NCBI GenBank assembly: GCA_013265495.1
Contig: MU057597.1
Coordinates: 458,563-520,623 of the forward strand
DNA: 62,061 nucleotides
Reading direction: 5' to 3'
Source of the DNA: Vicugna vicugna
Taxonomy: Eukaryota
Shown piece by piece: positions 28,232 through 40,425 of this stretch. Position 1 is the first letter of the stretch; every line of letters begins with the position of its first letter. The position numbers and the translations under genes are program-made. The notes below the pieces were generated by a model. It was not told where the DNA came from and made no database searches. It was given only the letters and a program-made list of their open reading frames with translations.

Positions 28232-28562
28232 GATTTCTCAAAAGACTAGGAATAGACTTACCATATGACCCAGGAATCCCGCTCCTGGACATACATCCAG
28301 AAGGAACCCTACTTCAAAATGACACCTGCACCCCAATGTTCACAGCAGCACTATTTACAATAGCCAAGTCATGGAAACAGCCTAAATGGCCATCAACAGA
28401 TGACTGGATAAAGAAGAAGTGGTATATTTATACAATGGAATACTATTCAGCCATAAAAACCGACAGCATAACGCCATTTGCAGCAACATGGATGTTTCTG
28501 GAGAATATCATTCTAAGTGAGGTAAGTCAGAAAAAGAAAGAAAAATACCATATGTAGAATCT

Positions 28563-28593
<31 letters not shown>

Positions 28594-28961
28594 ACAAACA
28601 AACATAAATACAAAACAAAAACAGACTCATAGACATAGAATACAAACTTGTGGTTGCCAAGGGGGCAGGGGGTGGGAAGGGACAAACTAGGATTTCAAAA
28701 TGCAGAATAGATAAACAAGATTATACTGTACAGCACAGGGAAATACATACAAGATCTTGTGGAAATTCACAGCAAGAAAAAAAAAGTGACAATGAATATA
28801 TGTATGTTCATGTATAACTGAAAAACCGTGCTCTACACAGGAATTTGACACAACATTGTAAAATGACTATAACACAATAAAACCAAAAAACAGTAAAGAC
28901 ACAACAAAGTAAAAAAACTATAAAACAATAAAACCAAAAAACAGTAAAAAAAAAAAAAAAA
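28232..28961 (+). mobile_element. Young 5'-truncated camelid-type L1
   Basis: Intact ORF2 C-terminal peptide (MFTAALFTIAKSWKQPKWPSTDDWIKKKWYIYTMEYYSAIK), poly(A), perfect 13-bp TSD GAATCTCCAAGCA at 28219-28231 and 28962-28974. Confidence 0.93.
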
Positions 28962-29509
28962 GAATCTCCAAGCATCAGATATTTAAGTTGGTTTTTCATG
29001 GTCTAAAATGGATGATGCAATCTATTCCATTCCCAAAATCATTAACATTTTGAAGTCAATGACTCACTCATTTAGCTTCAATTACATTAGAAAAAGTCGT
29101 AACAAATTCCCTCTATTGATCTGTTATCCAGATTTGACCAGGTACTGTGCACATCACTACCTGACTTCTCCGTGCAGCTTCTTTCTCTGGTTTACAGAGA
29201 GCAGACAGAGCACCCAGATGGGCCCCTAAACCCTCCCTGCTGCCCCACAGCACTGACTCTGCGTCTCCAACCCACGGGGGTGAAGCCTGCCCAGGACGCC
29301 GCCCAGGGAGCCACTTCACAAGTCCCAGGTCCCGGGGTCCCGGGGGTGGAGTCTGAGTGGGGAGGACAGGCGCTGAGGGAGGGCCCTGGGTGACTGTGGA
29401 TGTACAGGTGTCAGGAAGGACGCTGCAGAGTCAGACAGGATTAGCGAATCCAAGGAAAAGGGCGTTTCAGGAAGGACAGACGGGGAATCCAGTGAGAGTA
29501 TGACTTTAC

Positions 29510-29524
29510 CTGAGAAGGGGCCAT
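29510..29524 (-). CDS. First coding segment of gene B (MAPSQ); exon spans 29510-29600
   Basis: ATG GCC CCT TCT CAG|gtaaag; acceptor tttcag|GATTGAC at 29601/29600; in-frame upstream ATG at 29581. Confidence 0.85.
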
Positions 29525-30119
29525 TCTTGAGTCCTTTTCTGTCCTCTTCCTCCTCTCTTGGGCTTCTTCCTCAGGGAACATGAGTCTTTAGAAGTCAATC
29601 CTGAAAAGTGGAAAGAAAGATGTCTTTTAATGCTGAGAATCAACACATCCCTCCCTGCGCCACAACCACACACACAGGGGAGACCTCACCATATGGAACA
29701 GACAGTCCTCTGCTGCCCACTGTCACAGGAGGGACTCGGGACAGGAAACTCCACACACAGACCAACAAGGGAGTTTCCCCACACTGTCCTCAGATCACCC
29801 TCCCCTCCTGGTGAGCCCCTCCCCTACACGGCAGCAGTGGGCGCCTCAGCTGGACCCGACAGCCCCCTTCAGGTCACAGACTAGGCCCTGATCCATCCCC
29901 ACGCAGAGCAGAGCCCCCTCCCTCTCAGCCCTCAGGATGGGAGGACTGAGTCAGGATGCTCAGTGAGGGAATCAGACACCCCATGTGATTAGACCCCACC
30001 CAGACTATATGAAAGGGAATCTGTGGTCAGGGGTACAAAACATATATATGCAGAATGCCTCATCGCTTTTACAGGAAGCCTGGGTTAACTGCCACTCACA
30101 AGGAAAGCCTAGCTCATTT

Positions 30120-30900
30120 TCTTTTTCTTTTCCAGCTTAATCGAGGTATAACTGATGAGTAAAAATGGTGCACATAAAAACTATACAATGTGATTATTTG
30201 ACAGACGTATACACTGTGAAATAATTATCACAATCAAGTAATCTACACTTTCATCAACTCATAGATACCATTTTGCCTCTGAGTGGTGAGAACACAAGTG
30301 TTACTCCCTCAGCAAATTTCAACTATATAGAAACGTGGTCTGAATAACTACAGTCAGCATCATGTAGGTTAGACCCCCCCAGAACTTACCCATTTTATTC
30401 ATTTTATATGTACAAGTTTGCAACTTTTGACCAACATCTCCCCATTTTTCCCACCACCCAGCTCCTGATAACAAGCATTCTACTCTGTTTCCGTAAGTCT
30501 GACATTTCTAGTTTCCACATTTATCTGTCTTTCTCTGTGACACTTAATTCACTCAGCAGGTTCTCTACGTTCATTCATTTTGTCATAAATGGCAAAAACT
30601 TTCATTTTTATGGCTGAATAATATTTCATTGTGCCACACAAACACACACCCCGCTGTCCTTATCCATTCTGCTGTCGACAGACATTCTGGTCCTTTCTAC
30701 ATCCTGGCTGTTGTGAATAATGCAGTAATGCTCACTGGGGTGTGGATATTTCCCTCAAAACATAGGTTTCGTTTCCACTGGGTGTCTAGCCAGGGTGGTT
30801 CTGACAGACTGTGTGCCTGTTCTTTTCCTAATTTATTGAGGAAACTCCATATTGTTTTCCACAACAGCTGTACCACTTACATTGCCACCAACAGTGCACA
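30120..30900 (-). mobile_element. Old L1 3' end in gene B intron, paralogous to 54868-55565
   Basis: ccagcttaatcgaggtataactga...tttttatggctgaataatatttcattgtg...gaggaaactccatattgttttccac. Confidence 0.8.
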
Positions 30901-32549
30901 AGCAATCCCTGTTCTCTGCATTGTGTGTGTGTGCGAGCGTGCACCTGCATGTTGGGAGACAGACAGGGAGAGGAGAGTGGAGTAACCAGCACCGGCCTGG
31001 CAACAGGACAGTCTCATACACCTTCCCGAGTATGAGCCTCTGTACTGCAGATCGCTGTGGTGTTGCTGGACCTCTCATTCTTGGAACCATCTTTCCCGAC
31101 ATCACAGGACTTGATGTCTCCTGTCAAGCTGTGTCCAGAGACCCCAGCTTAGCAAGACTTCCCTAATGAAAACCTCCTGCTATTTGAAACTTTGGTAAGA
31201 ACAAGAACTAAGATCTGGGACAAATTCTGGCGTTTGAAAACAGAGAACAGGAAAGCTCCCAGGATGAGGCTGGAGGCACGGGCAGGGTGATGACACCGGG
31301 CACAGAAGCCACAGTGAGGATTCTGCATTTTGAGACTATACCATATTTAGAAGAGAATGACATAAGTTGATTACAGAAGACCACCAAAGCTTATTCCATA
31401 AGTTAATAATTATTTACAGGAAAGTAGAAATTGTATGTACTAAGATTTATCCCAAGCTATGGGAAGAATTACATGTAAAGAAGTAAGAAAGGAAAAGTAA
31501 ATAGATTAAAAAAAAAACACAACACACACAACACTGTCAATGTTCCTTTAAAAGGTACCATGTGGTGACAGAGTCAGTCATTTCCTGCCCCGGTTCCCTC
31601 CCCCATGTCAGGAAAAGGGAAGGGGGCAACCCACAGCTAACTGAACCAAGGCACCTCCCCCAGCTGAACAGGGTTTGCAGATGGAAGTTAACTTCTCACA
31701 CAAATAATTACAAAATGCAAAGTCCTACAGACAGGAGGTTTGCGATTCTGATCCTCATCTGTATAACTTAAATTTTAAACTTACTAGATTCTAAAGCCAC
31801 AAATCATAGATCACAACCTAATCATCCACATCCCAGCAGCTCACCACTCACCTGCCTCCAGTTCCCCCGTCTCTACCTGCACTACCACGTGTTTCCACTT
31901 CATTCTGCTTATCTCATTTCTTTCTTTTTCGCTTGTTTTTGTGCCCCTCCACTCTCCTGCTGTGTCTGCCCTCCCCTTCTTCCCTCACTCCTGTGCTGCC
32001 CCACTCTTGCCCTGTGCCCCTCTTGTTGCTTTTTCTCCCCAACCTGACTGCCCTAAAGCTGCACGTATTTCTGCTTCTTCCCCCACCTCTGCTCCCTCTC
32101 TAGCCTCCGAGTTACACCCCTTCTATCCTGTTACCCTCCCTTCCTCCCCACTCTCTGGCACCCCCAGGTACCTGTATTTCCATCCTGTTCTCTCTCTTCC
32201 TGTCACTAGCTTCCCTGTTTCTCTCCCAGCACCATGTTGCTTTGAAAGCCAAGGTTCCACCTCTTTTGTCCTCTCCTGGACTGTGCTAAGTGCCTCACCA
32301 ATGTCTCCTCCTCCCCCTCCCGCTGACCCAGGGCCCCGCTCCCTACGTTGCTCTCCAACCCCTGGAGACTCGGCTTTTTAGTTTACTTCTCTATTTTACC
32401 CACCTGCTACATTCAAGCCTTAATCACTTTGATTTTACTGTCTCTTTACAAGGGCCTCAGCCATTCTCTACGTCTCCATTAGTCCTCCCTGATTCTTACC
32501 TCAGTTTTTCTGTTTCTCAGTCGCTCAGAGTCTGCTTCTCCTGATCCTC

Positions 32550-33400
32550 CTCGCCCACGTATTTACAGGGATGCCGACTGAGTAAGATGCCCGCCTACTG
32601 GAAAAGACCGTTTTCCAGCGGGGTGGAATTTGGGACGTAATAATACTGAGGGGGTCACACGGCTGACCCCGGTCACCTCCCCCAACGCGGGGTGGGGGAA
32701 GGGCTGACTACGAAGAGGAGGCCCGAGGAGCAGAAGGACCGCCCGGAGGACGCGGGACAGAGGGGCTGGGAGGCAGGGGGGTCTCAGGAGAGGGCCGGGC
32801 TCCCCAGAATACCGGGACCCGGGAGAGGACGCGGCCTCACGGGAGCGGGGCGGCAGGCACCGTCCTCCAGGGGCCGAGAGGGCGAGGCAGGGGGCGCGAG
32901 TCCACCTCTTGGAAGAGGACGTTACATGGGGGAGGGGGAGTAGAAGTAAACGGTTTTACAGAGGAAAATATCTCGAAAATTGGTTTCTACGTGGACCGAA
33001 GGCTGAAAAGCCAAGGGCAGGGACCAGCCTCGGCCGTTTCAGACGCGAAGGAAAAGATACCCGACCTGGAGCGGCGACGTCGGGACTTGAGCGGCCAGAG
33101 GGCCGGGTGCTGGGGCTTTAGGTTCCTAGTGACTCCCACACCCTGAGGATGGAGGAAGGGTGACCGCGCAGCATAGACTTACACCAGAAAACAGAAACTT
33201 ACTCTCTGCCACCCGATCCTCCCTTGGCGCCCCCCACTTCCGGTTCCGTAAGAAACTGCAGGCGCGCGGAGCTAGAGGCTGGACTTCCGGAGGCGGGGCC
33301 TGGGCGGGGCGCTAGCGGCGGGGGCGGGGCGAGGAGCGAGCGCAGGTCCGCGCAGTGAGGGCGAGGAACGCACGGTGCTTCCCCGTTCCTTGCAATTTTG
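32550..33400 (-). promoter_or_regulatory. CpG-island promoter and non-coding first exon of gene B
   Basis: CpG-dense; GC boxes (GGGCGGGGC) 33290-33330; ETS/GABP-type ACTTCCGG at 33236-33243 and 33283-33290; minus-strand donor GTAAGT at 33202; paralogous to 57630-58400. Confidence 0.85.
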
Positions 33401-33918
33401 CCGTGAAAGTTTACAGTTGTGGGGGTCAGTTATGTCGGAAACTAGGATGTTACCTCCTAACAAGTTGAAACGGTTTCAACAAAAAGCTGTTTTTGCCAGC
33501 AGGTGGCCCGCTTGTCCCGCTTGTGAGGCTCAAGCAATTCAGTGATTGGGAGCCTGGGTCTGCACGTGGTCGCTGTGGGGCGGTGGTGGATCCGGTAACA
33601 TTTCCTAAAATTAGAATTAATTTAAGCAGTTTAAGGAAAGGAGTGCTGGACTTGTCTCTGTATTACAAACCAGAATGAGAAATACAAAACTCTCCCGGGG
33701 TAGATTGGACTGCTTAATACTAAAACCCAATGAACAGCGTTTCGTTTCTATTCTTTATTCACCCAGGACGCCAAATTCAACACTGTGCTCAATTCCAGAG
33801 ACTTCCATGGGGACAAGACCTTGATATGCAGCGTGGAGAGCTAAGACGTGACAATTTAGGTCCCTTATCCTTGCTTTAAAAAAAAAAAAGCAAGCATTTT
33901 TAATCAACTGTGTAAGTA

Positions 33919-34373
33919 TGTCGACAAAAAAGTTTTCAATCTAAGAAAGGAATGGAATATTTTTTTTAAGGCTAACCTGAGGATCATAACCCAAGAGAGA
34001 GTCCCTCAGAAAGCTCTGAGGGTTGTTTGGAAGAGATAAAGGTGGTGGCCAGTATATATGTGATTTTGGCAAACGGGTACAGTGCAATTCAAGCACACAT
34101 TGTGGTAGAAGCTTACTGCTATTGTTGAAGAATAGAAATTTTAGTTCATGGTTTTAGTGCTTTTGGAATATAGGAAGATGAAAGAAACTGGGTTCATAAT
34201 ATTTTCTCCTAAAAATATGTGTGGGCCAGTCCTTCCCATTTTCCCAGAGTGCTAAGTGCCTCACCCTAATCTGTCTGGATTCCTTCCAGGGTGTCCTGTG
34301 GGTCAGCGAATACAGTGGCTAATGGCTTGATTCTTGTAACGACTGGATGGTGGGCAACATTTTTTCTTTTATA
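33919..34373 (-). mobile_element. ERV1-class (MER41/MER4-group-like) 3' LTR
   Basis: On the minus strand it is preceded by a polypurine tract (gaccaaaagggaatgga) and ends ...tttttgtcgaCA at 33919; cctcagaaagctctgag and tatatatgtgattttggc motifs resemble this LTR group. Confidence 0.7.
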
Positions 34374-35070
34374 ATCCATTCCCTTTTGGTCTTAATTTCG
34401 GTCAAGGTTTGGGAGGCATTTCATGACCAATTTGTCCCACAGCGCTAGGAATGCTCATTCCTGAGTCAGGAGAGGATTTCATTGATTGGCCACTTAATGT
34501 GTTACAAGAGGACTAGGCCCTAATAACAGCAGACAAAAGCCTCTAGACCACCCATCTCACTAGTCTGCTTTGTCAAGGTTCCCTCTTGTTGCTTCTTCTC
34601 ATATCTGGAGTTACACTCTCACAATCATTGATCTTATAGGACCATATTTGGTCAAATGTTTCAAGTTGCATTAGTCATCATTATTTTTATTGGAGACTGA
34701 GTCACGCATTTGGTAATGCAAAAAACTATAACCTTGTAAAATAGGCAGAATGCAAGTAGAATAGCTGTTATCATTACTAAGCTCACAAGGAAGTATTTAA
34801 GCTAAGAACTTCCATAAGGTATGGCCCATTATCTCAAGGTTGTCTGACCAGTCTGTTCTGCACCAATCACTATGTTTAAGGGAAATTATGTATTGATAAT
34901 GGTGACATAAAGTTCACCAACGTTGTCTGCACGTGTGAAGCGGGTCGTGGGTCCTCATGACCCTTTACAGGATTGAGAAGAATGTTATCTATTAAGGAGT
35001 TTCATGGCTGGCACCAGATGAAAAATTGATCTTTATGGTTTAGCAGGTATTCCTGCCATTGGGGACGTCT
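34374..35070 (-). mobile_element. ERV internal remnant with a decayed env transmembrane/cytoplasmic segment
   Basis: Minus-strand translation ~34830-34660 gives W..PYGSS*LKYFLVSLVMITAILLAFCLFYKVIVFCITKCVTQSPIKIMM, located upstream of the PPT and LTR. Confidence 0.6.
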
Positions 35071-35246
35071 AGTTAATGCATAATACAGCTGCACAGTGCA
35101 CGCCAGAGGGGAGGGAGGAGAAAGGGCAGAGAAAAGATTTTATTAAAATTTTTCTCGTCTTGGCTTCTTCTTCTCTTCTCAGCTGAATAAAGAGCTGGGG
35201 CTCTGGAAAAGCCACAGCACATTATATTTTTTCTTCTTATAGGCAG

Positions 35247-35420
35247 GATTTTCTGTTTTGATCTGAATATTATCTCCATTTTGGAGCAAGAGAATGAGCC
35301 CTGGACTGTGAAGAGTGACATGAAAATAGAAAAACAAACAAACAAAACCAACCAAATAAACCCCGCCCCCCTCCAACCCCAACAACAAATGGATGGGAAT
35401 GTATCTAAGTGTGAACGCAG
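35247..35420 (+). pseudogene. Orphan KRAB-B pseudo-exon within an inverted gene fragment (~35070-36760)
   Basis: gcag|GATTTTCTGTTTTGATCTGAAT..., encoding DLNIISILEQENEPWTVKSDMKI in a shifted frame; donor gcag|gtcag at 35420/35421. Flanks match the reverse complement of ~22740-24480. Confidence 0.85.
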
Positions 35421-36759
35421 GTCAGCAGGCAGAGAGGAACCGCACCAGTAAGTGTGTGGGGAACTCCCCAAGTGGGAGCGTTCTATGAGAAAACACAGGT
35501 TTATTTCTTGTGAACTCTTAGAGGGAATTTTTCTTCTCTCCAACTTACCACTGTTTCTCAACATGTAAAATTTATTCTTTCACCTTCCAGCGGTGCTGCA
35601 GCTCCAACAGAGACAAAGGCAAAGTCTTTATCATCATCTACAACACTGCCATCTGGCTCCTGTAAGCTCTTTGTTGTCTGATTGGAGGGGCACTTGGTTG
35701 GCTGTCTCAAAGGGGTCATTCTCCCTTTGGTCTCTCCTTTTGGACTTGATTCCATTGGGTGCTCAGTTCTTGGTCCATACCAATCAGAGCTGAGGCCTCT
35801 GCAGTCCTAACCTCTGGATCTATCCTGGTTTTATTACCATGGAGCTGTCTCAAGCCATCTCTGCCTGTAGAGATTTCTAAGCCATTTCTTTTGTTCTGCT
35901 TTTGCCACAGGCCTCAGAGTGTGTGTAGCCAGTGAACTGGTTGGATCTTCTCTAATTGCTACTTAGGAAAACTTTAAAGACACTGGACAGAGAGATCCTC
36001 TTTCTGATCTCCAGTCCTACGTGGGGAACATATACAGAGCTTTCATGCTCTTAGCCTGGCCACTGTGGGCAGACGGCGTGGTCCCAATGTTAAGATCCTA
36101 CAATATCTGACGCCCCTTATCCTATGTTTTATTGCTCTTTCACCACTTCCCTAGTCTGGGAATGCAGACTCTTCCTGACTTCATAGTCTCAAGTTTCCAT
36201 GATGTCATCTCTGAAACTTGCTCCTGAAATACACACTCCTAGGGTCTGAAACTTTATCCTGTTTTCTTGCTGTGATCAGACACTTTAGGTAATGAACATC
36301 TTCTGGTGGGCTCTCCTATGGGGTGGGTTTACGCTAACAGAAAATTCTTCATGGATAATACTTAACACTCACACGCTGCAACATTATCCTGCTATATAGA
36401 AGCCCTAGCCGAAGCTACTTCAGAGAGTGGTCACCATGTCCCAGGATACTGAGATAGATAGAAGTTTCCCATTTTCTTTTCCAGTTTTGAGAAGGGTCAA
36501 AAAGCATGTCTCAAGGGCATGGTGACAATGTTGATCACATATACTAATGATCATACCGTTTGTGCCACAGTGAATAATACAGGAATTTCCCCTAGGGACA
36601 ACATTCTCCAAGTTCACATCCTCATCTCTCTGAGGCTGTTGACTAAACTATTGTTCATTCCAACCCAACAAATATAGTTTTGAATGGTCTTAATGAGGGA
36701 GCTCATGAAGCTGAATGAAACCTTCAGTTACATACTGTAATTGGTTGAGTTTAAGCTCT

Positions 36760-37070
36760 CCCTGTGTGGGTGTGTTCACCAGCCTGGCATGCTCTGCATC
36801 CCCTACTGTTGGGATTTTATTGCGGCTTCCTCATGGAAGCATAATCAATTTTTAGGGATAGGGCTGAAAATTCCTAGCTTCTAGTCATGGCTTGGTCTTT
36901 CTGGTGACCAAGCCCTCACTGAGGAGTCATCCAGGAGCCCACCCAGAGTCACCTCAAAACAAAAGATATTTCTGGAAGTCTTATAACTTAAGAGATTTAC
37001 AAGGGTTTTAGGAACTCTGTGCCAGGAACCAGCGGCAGAGATCAATATACATGTTTTCTGTTATCTCACA
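36760..37070 (-). mobile_element. MER21-like LTR fragment
   Basis: atggcttggtctttctggtgacca...caagggttttaggaactctgtgccaggaacc...tatctcaca matches the reverse complement of the MER21 5' end. Confidence 0.75.
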
Positions 37071-38689
37071 GTTCTATAAATGTCCATTTGGTTAACTTCA
37101 TTGATTGAAAGTATTTGTAGAATCTTCTAGGTACCGAGAGATTTTGTATTGTTCTACTATTATGGAGAGAGGGGCATGGAAATCTCTGACCCTAATTATG
37201 GATTCATTTCTCCTTGCAGTCCTGTCAGCTTTTTTCAAGGGTTTTTGAAGTTCTGCTTCTAGGTGCATGGTTCACAGTTGTCATGTCATTCTAATCAATT
37301 TATTCCTTTATGATTATGAGCCAGATTTCATTATCCTTGGTCTTCTTTGCTACTTAATGTGCTTTGATCTTAATATGGCCACACTATTTTGAATAGTGTT
37401 GATTTTTTCCCATTATTTTATTTTGTTCTTCAATTTTTGCAGTTCTTTCCTAATAGGAGACATATTGTTGTCTGTCTTTTAAAAACCCAAGTGACAAGTT
37501 TTTTTGTAAGTGACAGACTGCCTGGAGAACAGTAACTGAAAGTAGATTTATCAGTCTTACCTGACAGGAAGTGCAGACGGCGCAGTGTAGGGCGTGACGG
37601 GTCCTCTGCCCCTTCTCCCGCCATGAGCCTCCACTTAGTCTTCACATCCCTTACGGCAACATGGCTGCTGTGTGACCAGGAAGGTGAAAGTTGAGGGACC
37701 AAACCCTTTTCATTATCAGATTATGCCTTGTTTGCATGGGAACAGTAATTCCAGATATTTTCTCCAAATATTAGTAGCTAGTTATGTTAAATGGCCACCA
37801 TAATTGATAAGGAATTGGAATTTTCACATTTCATATTCAAATTTCAATAACAGAGGAAAGGAAAGGAAAAGATGCTCAAGAAAACATTTTGCAGACCAAA
37901 GTAAAATACCTCTTATTAATGATATTAAATGACGAGCTAGTCAAGGATAAATGTGGGAAGAGATGTATCAACAGATTGTCTTTTCTCTGAGAGTGTAATA
38001 TGCCATGCAAGTCATGGCCAGGTGTCTGAGGTGTCCCAAATGAGAGTTAAAGAATTATTAGAGCCCTTAGTGTTTTCTAAATTAAAGATGTATTTCCTTT
38101 CAGCTTTCTGAATCTAAACAAATTCTTCAAGTTTTAATATAGACATTCTGATTCTACTGCTAGTGTAGAAATTAAAGAATCCATTCTGAGATGTTAGTCA
38201 TTTGTGCCATCCTACCTGAGAGATATACAAAAGGCATGTAGATGGGAAATATTCTAATATCACCTCTAAATGTATTTTAATATGAGACTATACCTAATGG
38301 AAATGTAACTGTTATAACTCGGTAATGTCCAGAATTGGGGAAGCTACATTAACTAGTTCCCATGAAACAGTCAGTAGGAATTCCTTGGGAATGGCAAATA
38401 TACTCAATTTAGGGTGAACACTTAAAATGTTAAAGTTGTTTGTTCTGAAAGACATGAGATAATTCTTTCTTACATTCTATTTCCCAATTATCTTTTTCAT
38501 TTTTATTCATTTTAACTTCCACATATAACTGCATGGTGGAGATTACACCAACAGTATGACCTTCCTCACCCTTTTCATAGCCTCACATTCACAGCCATGT
38601 GTTCTCCTAACTTCTCAGCTCCCTTGCAACAAGGCAAGGCCTTGAGACCAGTTTTGCCAAATAGGGTGTGACTGCCATCAGAATGACAA

Positions 38690-39210
38690 AATCCCTATTT
38701 CTTAGAAATCACAATAGCACAACCAACTTGCACTGTTACCAGTGAACCCAAGAGAAGTGAAAACACACATCCACAAGGACTTCTTGTAAGAGGCTCACAG
38801 AAGCATTTTCCCTAGTAGCCAAGATGTGGCAAGAACCCAAAGCTCCATCAAATGATAAACTGTGGACCATTACTACTCAGCAACAAAAAGCGACGAGGCA
38901 CTGACGAAAGTTACCACGTGGACGACCCCTGTAAACAGCAACCTAACTCAAAGAGGAGAGAAATACGGCCACAGATTATGACTTGATTTATATGACATGC
39001 CCCCAAAGTGCCACTTTCACGCAGAAAGTGCCTTGCTGTTTCCTTGTGCCTCGGGATGGAATAGGGAGTAACTGCTAATGCGTGCAGGGGGGGTTGGTGA
39101 ACAAGGAAAATACTGCGCTCGGGCCTTGTAAATATATAAATCCTACTGTACTGTGGACATAAAAATGGTGAATTTTATCATATGCAAGTTGTACCTCAAC
39201 AAAACAAACA
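38690..39210 (+). mobile_element. Ancient L1 (L1ME/MC-like) 3' end
   Basis: cccaagagaagtgaaaacacacatccacaag, tactactcagcaacaaaaag, aaaaatggtgaattttatcatatgcaagttgtacctcaa. Confidence 0.65.
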
Positions 39211-40094
39211 TAGTCTAGTGTCTGCATATTGAATTCAGAGAACAGTTCTGATCCACTAGCCATGGCCTACAAGGTGCTGCAGATCTGAGTACCAGTTTCC
39301 ATGGTATGAATGGAAGGAAGACAATATGAAAGGAATAAAGGCAAGAAAGCGAGGAACTGGAGAGTTACATCTTAAGGTAAAATTAACATGTTGAGTTTCC
39401 AGAATCCCCGTGATGCACCTGCACATTAGTGACACGTCTCTTGCTTCCACACTATGGGACTTTAGTTCATTATCTCGTATCATTCCAGCTCTCACACTGA
39501 ACTTAAGATACAAGGAGTCTCTTTATTCATGTTTATAGAACACATGCTTTGCACCTCATTCCTCTATGTACACTTTCATGCCACACAAGTCTGAAAACAA
39601 GCCCATCCTCTGGGTTTTGCACTGAAGCAATAAAAAAGGAAATGCAAATTAAATACACAGATTGGGCTAAACAAGATTTTAAAAAGATGATAAATATGCT
39701 GAACAAAATAGAATGCTTCTATAGTTCAGAAATCATGAAATATAAAATGCTTATTAAAACTTCAAATGGAGATCTTTATACCCTTTCAAAAATGGCTTTT
39801 AAAAATTACTGAATCGTATTTACTGTCTGATAAACACTTATATTCATTAATTTTCAAAAAACAAGTATAAAAGTATCTTACACAATTTACCTAAATGGAA
39901 TTTCACAACCATCTTCAACAATCATATTCACAATGGGATCTGTGTGTGCATCTGGAAAAGGAATGGAGTAAGTTTGGTATCACATGATGAAAATCAGAGT
40001 CTTTTCCCAAAACCAAGAATTTAGGAGTTGCAAGTGTAAACATTCAGTTTTATAAGGAAGAGTCTGACTGCATTTGTGAGGTCTGAATACAGAC

Positions 40095-40425
40095 ACCTTT
40101 AAGGCACGACAGACTCCTGCTCCCCTGCCCACGTGCACAGGGCAAGCTGGTAAGAGCCCGAGCGCTCCTCCTCTTGGCTGTAGTCGCAGGTTCACACCAC
40201 AAGCACGTACCGTCACTCAGCCCGGTACCCGCCGTGAGGCGAGCCCAGCACCATTCTCTGCTCTCTCTAGCCATCTTTGCAACAACTGGGGAAGCCTGCC
40301 CTTCTCTCCCCAGGAAGCCTTCTTACGTGACAGCCATTCTCCTAAGACTTTAGTGTATGCCAGCATGAGTCCTGACATCCAAAATTTGAGTGGGGCTCCG
40401 TCCTGTTCCAGTGGAGTAAGCACAT
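40095..40425 (+). mobile_element. MER74-like ERVL LTR
   Basis: gctctctctagccatc...gcctgcccttctctccccaggaagcct...gacatccaaaatttgagtgggg resembles MER74A. Confidence 0.65.

Noticed and set aside
29558..29884. Similar antisense ORFs at 29558-29884 and 54300-54692
   Set aside because: Their similarity follows from DNA near-identity of the paralogous segment; starts and stops differ and no domain is recognisable.
31880..32540. Pro/Ser/Leu-rich 146-aa ORF
   Set aside because: Low-complexity pyrimidine-rich intron sequence.
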